Source of the DNA: Candidatus Fraserbacteria bacterium
GTDB lineage: Bacteria > Bipolaricaulota > Bipolaricaulia > RBG-16-55-9 > DRXL01
Reading direction: 5' to 3'
Assembly (NCBI GenBank): GCA_947085185.1
Contig: CAMTVK010000017.1
Location: 32,001-96,000 of the forward strand
DNA length: 64,000 nt
The notes below the pieces were generated by a model, which did no database searches, was not told where the DNA came from, and was given only the letters and a program-made list of their open reading frames with translations. The position numbers and the translations under genes are program-made. Position 1 is the stretch's first letter, and each line of letters starts with the position of its first letter. Positions 27,823 through 36,488 of the stretch are shown piece by piece.

Positions 27823-28763
27823 ATCTCCTTCACCTGCCCGATGATCTCTTCTACGCTCGAGAAGCCGTTCTCTGCGAGCCACCTTTGAATCCCTGACCAG
27901 AGCTTCTCAAAAGCGTGCGGCCCCTCCCATAGAAAGAGCGTCCCGATCTGGATCACAGAAGCCCCAGCGAGAAAGTGCTTGATCGCATCTTCGGGCTTGG
28001 TAATGCCTCCCACACCCCACACGGCAATTGGGGCTCTGTGTCTCTGAAAGAATCTATAGAAGCGATGGACTTCTGCGAGAGCGATGGGCAGCACCGCCGG
28101 GCCGCCCAAGCCCCCAAAGCCCTCGTTGGGCCGAATAACTTTTGTTCGAGTCTTTATGTCAATATCGAGCGTCAACGGCTCGGAATTGATCGTCGCTATA
28201 TAAGAGATCTCAAAATCGAGCAGCGTTCGAGCGATCTCCTCAAAGAGCTTAGGGGCGTTGTTGTACGGCGACAGTTTCACCCCAATGGGGATCTTCACAG
28301 CGCGCGTCACCGCGTCTAAGAGGGCGCGCACGCTCGGCGGATCCATCGCGATAGGGACGTCTTCCAAATTCGGGCACGAGAGATTGAGCTCAAGAGCATC
28401 AGCGCCGGCTCTCTCCATGGCGAGAGCGATCTCGCAGAATTGTTCTATGGGGGGAAGCTCGTGCTGGCAGCGCGCGCTGGCGATGCTCGCAATGATGGGT
28501 TTTCCGAACTCTTTGAGCTTGGGAATGATCGTGGCGTATTCTCTATAGCCCAAATTGGGCAGGCCCATCGAGTTGAGCGAGCCGATCTGATTATCTAAGT
28601 ATGGGCGGAGTCTGGGTTCGGGGTTGCCCTGGCGGGGACAATGGGTCATGCTCTTGGTGACGACGGCTCCGGAGGCCGAGCGCGCGATGCGCTCCAGCTC
28701 TTCGTATGTCACCGAGTTGGGCCCCGACGCATTGGCGATAGGAGGATAGAGTTTGATCTCCAT
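27819..28763 (-). CDS. pyrD: Dihydroorotate dehydrogenase, class 1A-like
   Basis: ANASG, SLNSMGLPNLG, NLSCPN, GFGGLGG; start at ATG 28763, 9 nt after TATAAT. Confidence 0.92.
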   Translation of the reverse strand: MEIKLYPPIANASGPNSVTYEELERIARSASGAVVTKSMTHCPRQGNPEPRLRPYLDNQIGSLNSMGLPNLGYREYATIIPKLKEFGKPIIASIASARCQHELPPIEQFCEIALAMERAGADALELNLSCPNLEDVPIAMDPPSVRALLDAVTRAVKIPIGVKLSPYNNAPKLFEEIARTLLDFEISYIATINSEPLTLDIDIKTRTKVIRPNEGFGGLGGPAVLPIALAEVHRFYRFFQRHRAPIAVWGVGGITKPEDAIKHFLAGASVIQIGTLFLWEGPHAFEKLWSGIQRWLAENGFSSVEEIIGQVKEI

Positions 28764-28785
28764 GCTAGGGAGATTATAGCGTCTT

Positions 28786-29505
28786 CTAGCGCGGGCTGCC
28801 AAAATACCCGTTCATAAACCCGATCTCACTGGGGGGCCAGACTTTCAAAAACGGCTCCCCAATAAAATTTTTCTCGTACACGAACGGGAAGTCCCAGAAG
28901 CGTCCGTCTAAGCTATTGCGGCTGTTGTCTCCTAACACAAAATAGTGCCCCGGCGGGACTGTCAACACCTGATCGCCCATCTTCCCCGAATTATAGTAAC
29001 ATCGGCGCTCCGGATTGGGATGATTTGGATGATTGAACGCATCGTCGATCATGGGGACGCCGTTGACGTAGACATAACAATCTTTGATCTGAACGGTCTG
29101 CCCGCCCACGGCGATCAGCCTCTTGACGTAGCGCACCCAGCGCGGAGCTTCGTCGGTCCCCTCGTTGTGCCAGAAGACAATGATATCGCCGGGCTTGGGC
29201 TTGCGAAAATAGAACGAGATCTTATCGACAAAGAACGAGCTGCCCGGCATGATCGTGGGCTCCATCGAGCCTGTGGGCACGCGCATCCGCACGATGACAA
29301 AATTCATGGTGATGAGCGCTAAAGCTATAGCCACGACGATGATCTGCAGCCAGTCTAGGGCCCACTCAACGCTGGGGCTGGTCTTGATCCCACGCCGATT
29401 GAGCAGCTGAGCCAGCCACGGCTTGGGGCGCTCCTCCTCAGGGACTATCTCGACGCGGGGAGCCTCACTGGGAACGGGATCGGTGGGCTTGAGATCGTCA
29501 GACAT
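28786..29505 (-). CDS. lepB: Signal peptidase I
   Basis: GSMEPT, YVKRLIA, GDNSRNSLDGR. Confidence 0.96.
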   Translation of the reverse strand: MSDDLKPTDPVPSEAPRVEIVPEEERPKPWLAQLLNRRGIKTSPSVEWALDWLQIIVVAIALALITMNFVIVRMRVPTGSMEPTIMPGSSFFVDKISFYFRKPKPGDIIVFWHNEGTDEAPRWVRYVKRLIAVGGQTVQIKDCYVYVNGVPMIDDAFNHPNHPNPERRCYYNSGKMGDQVLTVPPGHYFVLGDNSRNSLDGRFWDFPFVYEKNFIGEPFLKVWPPSEIGFMNGYFGSPR

Positions 29506-29858
29506 TACTTGGTGCTGGCTTCAAGGGCTTGCCGGCGTAGATAGTTCAAGCGCGCCCGACGCGCACGCCCACGCTCGACCACTTCGATCTTGGCGATCCG
29601 CGGCGAATACAGCGGAAAGATCTTCTCGACGCCGATCCCCGAGGAGACCTTTCTCACGGTGAACGTCTTGCTCGTGCCGCTGCCGGCACATTTTATGACG
29701 ATCCCCTCAAAGATTTGGATGCGCTCGCGGCCCTCTTTGCCGCCCTCGCCACCTTCGATCACGCGCTCGTGAACGCGGATCGTATCTCCGGGACGAAACT
29801 CCGGAAGGTCCTTCTTCATGAACTCTTCCTCGATCTGACGAATGAGGTTCATGTCCAT
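29505..29858 (-). CDS. rplS: 50S ribosomal protein L19
   Basis: [40 protein letters not shown]. Confidence 0.98.
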   Translation of the reverse strand: MDMNLIRQIEEEFMKKDLPEFRPGDTIRVHERVIEGGEGGKEGRERIQIFEGIVIKCAGSGTSKTFTVRKVSSGIGVEKIFPLYSPRIAKIEVVERGRARRARLNYLRRQALEASTK

Positions 29859-29871
29859 AGCAGCTCACCCC

Positions 29872-30444
29872 TTACGTTCTTTCGTAGTCGCGTCGTCCGC
29901 GCAACCGATCTAAAATAATAGCGACTGCCGCGCGCACCGACAAGTGATTGTACTCCGTCGGCCCCCAGATCGGGGGTAAGAAGTAATCAACCCGATCCAG
30001 CACTTCCAGGGCCAATCCCCACCCGGTCCCAAAGAGCACATAGACGGGGCGGGGATCGGTCTCGATCAGCTCATGAAGCTGCTTGTAGCTGATGCGTGTC
30101 CCCGGCAGCTCTCGAGCATCGGTGCCCACAAGCACCGGGGCGAGGCCCTCGCGCTCGAGGACTTCTTTAAGACTGGTCTCCAGCTTATCAACAACGCGGG
30201 CCAGTTGCAAGGCCGGCCGTCGGTATGCGACATCCGGCTCGGCCTTGAGCCAGAAATCTATCAGTTTCTGGGCGATAGCCTGTTGGCTGGGCAAGGGGGT
30301 GACGATAAAAAACTGTGCGACGTTATACGTACAAGCGCTGCGCGCGATATCCGTCACATCAATGGGGGTGATCATCGTCGTGACGATCTTATCATGGCGA
30401 TCTCGACAGGGGTAGTGCACCAACCCAATATAGAGATTGCCCAT
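29872..30444 (-). CDS. SPOUT RNA methyltransferase (TrmD C-terminal-associated family)
   Basis: LVHYP, DIARS..TY, FGTGWGL, YNHLSVRAAVAIILDRL. Confidence 0.9.
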   Translation of the reverse strand: MGNLYIGLVHYPCRDRHDKIVTTMITPIDVTDIARSACTYNVAQFFIVTPLPSQQAIAQKLIDFWLKAEPDVAYRRPALQLARVVDKLETSLKEVLEREGLAPVLVGTDARELPGTRISYKQLHELIETDPRPVYVLFGTGWGLALEVLDRVDYFLPPIWGPTEYNHLSVRAAVAIILDRLRGRRDYERT

Positions 30445-30454
30445 ATGGACCTCT

Positions 30455-30485
30455 CCCCTGCCCTCCTAGGGGAGGAGGGCAGGGG
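30455..30485. repeat. GC-rich intergenic palindrome (REP-like hairpin)
   Basis: CCCCTGCCCTCCT-agggg-AGGAGGGCAGGGG, 13-bp perfect stem. Confidence 0.8.
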
Positions 30486-30492
30486 GTGGAGG

Positions 30493-31176
30493 TTAGGTTC
30501 CTTTCAAGAGATCCGGCCTGTTTTTCAGAGTCTTCTCCAGCGCCGCGCGACGGCGGAACTCTTCAATTTTTTTGTGATCGCCCGTGAGCAAGACCTCGGG
30601 GACACGCAAGCCGCGAAACTCCGGGGGACGCGTATATTGAGGTGGCCCCAGAAGTCTTTCGTTATAGAACGAATCGTGCTCGAGTGACTCGTGCTTGCCC
30701 ACAACCCCAGGCACCAATCGGGCCACACACTCCGCGACGACCGCTGCGGCCGCCTCGCCTCCACTGAGGACATAATCCCCGATAGAGAGCTCATCCGTGC
30801 AGATGTGCAAGACGCGCTCGTCCACGCCCTCATAGCGCCCACACAGCAATATAATCGCGTGCTCTTTGGCGAGCTCTTTAGCGATCTGCTGCGTAAAAAG
30901 CCTGCCCTGAGCTGACAGCAGAATAACTCTTGGCTCGACGGTGAGTTGGCTCTTGATAAATTCTACAGCGCGGAAGAACGGCTCCGGCTTTAAGACCATC
31001 CCCGGGCCGCCACCATAGGGACGGTCATCGACCTGACGATGCTTATCCGCCGTGAAATCCCGGAGATTATGAAGATAGATCTGGAGAATACCAGCCTGGC
31101 GCGCCGCACCGATCACACCCGCGGCGAAGAATCCCTCAAGCATATGGGGAAAGATCGTGACTATGTCAATGCGCAT
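30493..31176 (-). CDS. trmD: tRNA (guanine37-N1)-methyltransferase
   Basis: VDDRPYGGGPGMV, CGRYEGVDER, SIGDYVLSGGE, YTRP. Confidence 0.98.
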   Translation of the reverse strand: MRIDIVTIFPHMLEGFFAAGVIGAARQAGILQIYLHNLRDFTADKHRQVDDRPYGGGPGMVLKPEPFFRAVEFIKSQLTVEPRVILLSAQGRLFTQQIAKELAKEHAIILLCGRYEGVDERVLHICTDELSIGDYVLSGGEAAAAVVAECVARLVPGVVGKHESLEHDSFYNERLLGPPQYTRPPEFRGLRVPEVLLTGDHKKIEEFRRRAALEKTLKNRPDLLKGT

Positions 31177-31483
31177 GGCGCATCCGCGGTCGGCCATGCC
31201 GGCGCCTGTCGCGCTTGGCCGCACGCGGCGGTGGTACCGGCCGCGCCTCGATCACGTCTAAGATCACTTCCTTGCCGAGCGTCGCCCCAATTGCCCCTAG
31301 CACATCCCGAATCGCCTCAGCCGTCCGACCGTTCCGTCCCACCAGCCGCCCCATCTCCTCTGGCGCAACGCTGATCGTGAAGATATCGGCCTTGGGTGTC
31401 TCGATGCGCTCGAGCGTGATCTTCTGTGGCGCGTCCACGAGCGCCCGAATGAGATAATGTAAAGCCTCGAATATCCGGTTCAC
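31166..31483 (-). CDS. khpA: KH-domain RNA-binding protein
   Basis: MGRLVGRNGRTAEAIR; canonical position after rpsP. Confidence 0.9.
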   Translation of the reverse strand: MNRIFEALHYLIRALVDAPQKITLERIETPKADIFTISVAPEEMGRLVGRNGRTAEAIRDVLGAIGATLGKEVILDVIEARPVPPPRAAKRDRRRHGRPRMRHAH

Positions 31484-31755
31484 ACGCGTGCTTTGCTCTG
31501 GCGCTGCTTGTGAAATTCAGCCAGGATGCCCTTCTTGGACAGCAGATGCCGCGCTGTCTGCGTCGGTTGCGCTCCCAGACCTAACCACATCAGCGCCTTG
31601 GCCGTGTCAATCTCATACTGCCCGTGCAAGACGTCGTACCACCCTAAATCTGCAACTACCCGACTGTCGCGCTGTCGCGACTCCTCAATCACCACGATCC
31701 GATACGACGGCTGCGACCGTCGCCCGGTCCGCTTGAGCCTGATCTTGACAGCCAT
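31480..31755 (-). CDS. rpsP: 30S ribosomal protein S16
   Basis: MAVKIRLKRTG...YRIVV, WL..GAQPT. Confidence 0.98.
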   Translation of the reverse strand: MAVKIRLKRTGRRSQPSYRIVVIEESRQRDSRVVADLGWYDVLHGQYEIDTAKALMWLGLGAQPTQTARHLLSKKGILAEFHKQRQSKARV

Positions 31756-31786
31756 AGCTTCTCGTTCCTCCTCAAAGATATATGAG

Positions 31787-33088
31787 CTATCCCAACGGCG
31801 TCTGTCCAAAGGGAAATCTTCTCCCCTTGAGGTGCTTCATCGTCTTTTTCGCCTCTTCAAAGCGCTTCAAGAGCTTGTTCACATCGCTCACCTGCGTGCC
31901 GCTCCCCAAAGCGATGCGCTTCTTGCGCTTGCCGTTCAGAATCTCGGGCTTGCGGCGCTCTTGTGGGGTCATCGAATTAATAATAGCCTCGACTTTGATG
32001 AGCGCCTTCTCGTCTACTTCGACCTTCTGCATCCCCGGAATCTTTTCTAATAATTTTGTGATCGGCCCCAGGCGACGCAGCTGTTGAATCTGCTCGCGAA
32101 AGTCTTCGAGCGTAAAGCTCTCTTTCTCAAGCTTTTTCACGAACTCTTCGGCCTTCTTGGCATCAACGCGGGCTTCGGCCTCCTCAATGAGCGAGAGAAT
32201 ATCGCCCATGCCCAAGATGCGCTCGGCCATCCGGTCGGGATGAAAGACTTCTAAGTCTTCGAGCTTCTCGCCGACCCCGATAAATTTGATGGGCCGTCCG
32301 GTCACGGTGACCATAGAGAGCGCGGCGCCGCCGCGCGCGTCCCCGTCGAGCTTTGTCAGAATAATTCCCGTGAGCTTCAGGCGCGCCTCGAACGTCTGGG
32401 CGATAGTGACGGCCTCTTGGCCCGTCATAGCGTCGGCCACTAAGAGAATCTCTGTGGGCCGGAGCTTCTCTTTCATGGCCACAAGCTCTGCCATGAGCTC
32501 TTCGTTGATCTGCAAGCGCCCGGCAGTATCTATAATTAAGACGTCACAAGAGCTTTTGCGCGCTTCGATGAGGGCCCTCTCCGCGACTTCAAGGGGGGTG
32601 CGGCCTTCGGCGTAGACGGGACAGCCGAGCTTGGTCCCCAGCTGCTTGAGCTGCTCGATAGCCGCGGGGCGCTGGAGGTCTGTCGCCGCGAGCAAGACTC
32701 TCTTCTGACGTTTTTCCGTGAGATACTTGGCGAGCTTCCCGGACATCGTCGTCTTGCCCGAGCCTTGCAGACCGACTAATAAGAGCACGCTGGGCCAACT
32801 GGTCAGCGCCAGATCGGCGCGCATGCCCCCAAGGATCTGAACTAACTCATCTCGGACGATCTTGACGATCTGCTGGCCCGGAGTCAGGCTTTCGAGAATC
32901 TTCGTGCCCAAGGCTTTGTGCTTGACGTCATCTATGAATTTCTTGACGACTTTATAATGGACGTCGGCTTCGAGCAGGGCGAGCCGGATGGCCCTCAGGC
33001 CCTCGTCCAAGTCCTTCTCGGTGAGGGCGCCGCGCCGGCGTAACTGCGTCAAAATGTGATTCAGCTTCTCAGTCAGCGTGTTGAACAT
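31787..33088 (-). CDS. ffh: Signal recognition particle protein
   Basis: ALLEADV, GLQGSGKTT, DTAGR, TKLDGDARGG, SMTPQER, RIALGSG. Confidence 0.98.
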   Translation of the reverse strand: MFNTLTEKLNHILTQLRRRGALTEKDLDEGLRAIRLALLEADVHYKVVKKFIDDVKHKALGTKILESLTPGQQIVKIVRDELVQILGGMRADLALTSWPSVLLLVGLQGSGKTTMSGKLAKYLTEKRQKRVLLAATDLQRPAAIEQLKQLGTKLGCPVYAEGRTPLEVAERALIEARKSSCDVLIIDTAGRLQINEELMAELVAMKEKLRPTEILLVADAMTGQEAVTIAQTFEARLKLTGIILTKLDGDARGGAALSMVTVTGRPIKFIGVGEKLEDLEVFHPDRMAERILGMGDILSLIEEAEARVDAKKAEEFVKKLEKESFTLEDFREQIQQLRRLGPITKLLEKIPGMQKVEVDEKALIKVEAIINSMTPQERRKPEILNGKRKKRIALGSGTQVSDVNKLLKRFEEAKKTMKHLKGRRFPFGQTPLG

Positions 33089-33108
33089 ACCGATCGGAGT
33101 GGCTGTTG

Positions 33109-33137
33109 ATTGTACCGTATATTCACGGCGCTGTCAA
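33109..33137 (-). promoter_or_regulatory. Sigma70-type promoter of the ffh operon
   Basis: TTGACA-17 bp-TACAAT. Confidence 0.8.
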
Positions 33138-34475
33138 TCTCTTGCTTAGGGATCTCTCGAGAAACTGCGTATCGAACTCCCCGGCCATAAACTCCGGGCT
33201 GGAGACGATCTCCAGACAGAGATCGCGTGTCGTCTTGATCCCCTCAAGCTCAAAGCGCTTGAGCGCGTTGATCATCTTGAGAATGGCTTCGTGGCGCGTC
33301 TGCCCGTGTACGATCAGCTTTGCTACAAGAGAATCATAGTAGGGGGTGATAACGAGCCCATCGAAGATCGCTGTGTCCAGGCGCACCCCATGCCCGCCCG
33401 GCAGCGCCTTGATTCTCACGGTTCCAGACGACGGCGCAAAGTTTCTCGTCGGGTCCTCGGCGTTCAGGCGACATTCGATCGCGTGCCCTTGCAGTGGGAT
33501 ATCTTTTTGGGTATAGCCGAGCGGCTCGCCCGCGGCGATGCGGATCTGCTCTTTGACTAAATTCTTGCCCACGCGCACCTCCGAGACGGGGTGCTCGACC
33601 TGGACCCGCGCATTGATCTCAATGAAGTAAAACTCTTCGCCGGAGACCAAGAACTCCACGGTTCCGGCGTTCTGGTAGTCAAGCGCGTGCGCGGCGCGGA
33701 TCGCGGCATCCCAGAGCGCTTGGCGCATCTGTGCGCTGAGCGCCGGCGCGGGCGACTCTTCGATCAATTTTTGGTAGCGTCGCTGGATCGAGCACTCCCG
33801 CTCCCCCCAATGCACGATGTTCCCGTAATTATCAGCCAATATCTGCACTTCGACATGTCGGGCGTTGGGGAGGTATCTTTCGATATAGAGAGTAGGGTCG
33901 CCGAAGGCCGCTTCGGCCTCGCGCTGCGCTGCACGGAATTTCTCCAAAAGCTCCGACTCATGAGAGATAATGCGCATGCCGCGCCCTCCCCCTCCCGCCG
34001 AGGCCTTCAACAGCACCGGATACCCGATCTGCTCGACAGCTCTTCTGAGATCTGCTTCGGACTTGAGGGCCTCAGAGCCGGGGACGACGGGCACTCCCGC
34101 AGCGCGGACAGCGTCCTTGGCACGCAGCTTGTCCCCAGCCTGCCGCACCGTCTCATAGCGAGGGCCGATGAACGTCACGTGCGATGCCTCGCAGACCTCG
34201 ACAAAGTGAGGGTCTTCCGCCAAAAACCCGTAGCCAGGATGGACCGCGTCGGCGCGCGTGACCTCAGCAACACTCATGACTGCTGCGATCTTTAAGTACG
34301 AGTGCTGAGCCGGAGCCGGACCGATACAGTACGCCTCATCGGCGAGACGCACGTGCAAGGACTGCCGATCAGCCTCAGAGAAGATCGCCACCGTGAGCAC
34401 GCCCAGCTCGTGCGCCGCCTCAATAATGCGCACCGCGATCTCCCCACGATTGGCCACGAGAATCTTCTTGAACAT
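33123..34475 (-). CDS. accC: Biotin carboxylase
   Basis: KILVANRGEIA, HPGYGFLAE, GGGGRGMR, ERECSIQRR, QVEHPV, YYDS. Confidence 0.97.
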   Translation of the reverse strand: MFKKILVANRGEIAVRIIEAAHELGVLTVAIFSEADRQSLHVRLADEAYCIGPAPAQHSYLKIAAVMSVAEVTRADAVHPGYGFLAEDPHFVEVCEASHVTFIGPRYETVRQAGDKLRAKDAVRAAGVPVVPGSEALKSEADLRRAVEQIGYPVLLKASAGGGGRGMRIISHESELLEKFRAAQREAEAAFGDPTLYIERYLPNARHVEVQILADNYGNIVHWGERECSIQRRYQKLIEESPAPALSAQMRQALWDAAIRAAHALDYQNAGTVEFLVSGEEFYFIEINARVQVEHPVSEVRVGKNLVKEQIRIAAGEPLGYTQKDIPLQGHAIECRLNAEDPTRNFAPSSGTVRIKALPGGHGVRLDTAIFDGLVITPYYDSLVAKLIVHGQTRHEAILKMINALKRFELEGIKTTRDLCLEIVSSPEFMAGEFDTQFLERSLSKRLTAP

Positions 34476-34476
34476 C

Positions 34477-34911
34477 TTATGGGCGAATGACCATTAACGG
34501 TTGCCCGTACTCTACAGGCTTACCGTCTTCTACGAGGATTTTTTCGACGACCCCAGCGTGCTCCGACTTGATCTCGTTCATCACTTTCATCGCTTCGATA
34601 ATGCAGAGCGTATCGCCCTTCTCGACGCGATCCCCAACCTCGACGTAGGGCGGCTCGGTGGGTGCAGGCCGCCGATAGAACATCCCCACAAGTGGCGATG
34701 TGATCGTCCTCAACTCGGAGCTCTCTGCCCTTGGTTCTGGACTGTGGGCTTTAGGAGTCTCAGATGTGAGACCTCCAAGCTGAGAGTGGATCTGGGCTCG
34801 TGTCCCTTCTTTCCGCAACGTCAAGCGCGCTCCCTCACGCTCTAAGATGAGCTCCGAGAGCGACGACTGCTCGAAGATCTCTATAAGGGCACGAATCTCT
34901 TGGGCGTCCAT
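34477..34911 (-). CDS. accB: Biotin carboxyl carrier protein
   Basis: SPLVGMFY, IEAMKVMNEI. Confidence 0.97.
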   Translation of the reverse strand: MDAQEIRALIEIFEQSSLSELILEREGARLTLRKEGTRAQIHSQLGGLTSETPKAHSPEPRAESSELRTITSPLVGMFYRRPAPTEPPYVEVGDRVEKGDTLCIIEAMKVMNEIKSEHAGVVEKILVEDGKPVEYGQPLMVIRP

Positions 34912-35029
34912 AATCCCTCCCGCAGATGACTTTCTAAGATACTTGATAGGAGGCTAGGTTTGCAAAGCGAGCACGGCGAACTTATAATCGAGATTGCAAC
35001 ACTGCCTTGCGTTGGTGATAGTTCTCATT

Positions 35030-36463
35030 ATGAGTATAAGTTGGGGATTGACGCTCTTAGCGGTGCTGACCGTCTTGTCATTCTGCTTCTCGGTCTCCGA
35101 GATGGCTATCGCGTCGGTCAGCCGGCTGCGCCTCAAGACGATGATCCGTGAGCGCCCACACCAAGCGCGCGCTCTGCAAGCGCTCTACGATGACCCGACC
35201 TCGCTCATCACTGCCTTGGCGATCGCCAATAATTTCGTCAATCTATTTGCCAGCTCCATCGCCACGGTGCTCACGCTTCAGCTCTTGCCCTCGCTCAGTG
35301 GGTCTGAGACCGCCGTTGTGGCTACGCTCCTGATCACCATCTATTTATTGATCTTTGGGGAGATCACGCCTAAACAGTTGGGCAAGAACAATGCCGAGCG
35401 CTTGACACCTTTTGTAGTTGTGCCGCTCTACTGGCTCTCCATAGTGTTGCGCCCACTGACCCGAGCGTTCCAAGGGATAGCCAATGGGCTCCTGCGACTG
35501 CTCCCACAGCAGTATCGCACGCGCGAGCCCATCCACGTGAGCGAAGATCAAATTAAGCTCCTGATAGAGCTCAGCGAGGAGCGCGGGATGCTCGAAGAAG
35601 AAGAGGGCGAGATGATCCGACGCATCTTGGTCTATGACGACTTGGTCGCTCGGCAGGTCATGGTGCCGCGCACGCACGTCGTGGCTATCGAGATCCATAC
35701 CCCGCTCGCCGAGGTGCGCGAGATCATCGCGCGAGAAGGACACTCTCGCTACCCCGTCTACGAGCGCAGCTTGGACAATATTCGGGGGATCTTGCATGCC
35801 AAAGATCTGTTGCGCTTCGGGTACGCCGAAAAACAGAAGCTTGACGAGTACAAGAAGAAAGTTCAAGACGAGCTCCCCAGACGCCTCAAAGAGGCCAAGA
35901 CCCCCGAGGAGATCACCAAGCTCACCGAAGAGAAGGCGTTCTATGAGAGCGAGATTCGCCGATTGCGAGAGCTCTTGAGCGAAGCGCGGCTGGAGCACAT
36001 CATCAGACCGGCGTTCTTCACCGCGCCTAACAAGCCGATCCGCAAGCTCCTGCGCGACTTCCAAAAGAATAAGAAGCACATGGCCATCGTGGTCGATGAG
36101 TACGGCGGCCTGATGGGGGTCGTCACTCTCGAAGATATTTTGGAGGAGATCGTGGGGGAGATCCGGGACGAATACGACGAGCCTGAAGAGAAGAGAGCCG
36201 CATTGCAGATCAAACAGCTGTCACCCACGGTCTATCTTGTAGACGGAGAGACGCCCCTCGATGAGCTCAACGCGCGGCTGTCGTTGGAGTTACCGGTATC
36301 AGAAGCCGTGACGATTGGCGGGTTGCTGTTGCATCGGTTGGCCGAAATTCCTAAAGTAGGCACGACGCTCACCATTGATGGCGCGCGCATCAGTGTCGCT
36401 GAAGCGACTGAAAAAGAGGTGCGCAAGGTGCGCCTCGAAGTCTTGGCGATGTCTAAAGTATAA
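35030..36463 (+). CDS. HlyC/CorC (CNNM-CBS-CorC) family transporter
   Basis: FSVSEMA, IFGEITPK, MVPR, HSRYPVY, VVDEYGG...LEDILEEIVGEIRDEYD. Confidence 0.95.
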   Translation: MSISWGLTLLAVLTVLSFCFSVSEMAIASVSRLRLKTMIRERPHQARALQALYDDPTSLITALAIANNFVNLFASSIATVLTLQLLPSLSGSETAVVATLLITIYLLIFGEITPKQLGKNNAERLTPFVVVPLYWLSIVLRPLTRAFQGIANGLLRLLPQQYRTREPIHVSEDQIKLLIELSEERGMLEEEEGEMIRRILVYDDLVARQVMVPRTHVVAIEIHTPLAEVREIIAREGHSRYPVYERSLDNIRGILHAKDLLRFGYAEKQKLDEYKKKVQDELPRRLKEAKTPEEITKLTEEKAFYESEIRRLRELLSEARLEHIIRPAFFTAPNKPIRKLLRDFQKNKKHMAIVVDEYGGLMGVVTLEDILEEIVGEIRDEYDEPEEKRAALQIKQLSPTVYLVDGETPLDELNARLSLELPVSEAVTIGGLLLHRLAEIPKVGTTLTIDGARISVAEATEKEVRKVRLEVLAMSKV

Positions 36464-36488
36464 TCTCTACAGGAGGCAAAGAGGCACC

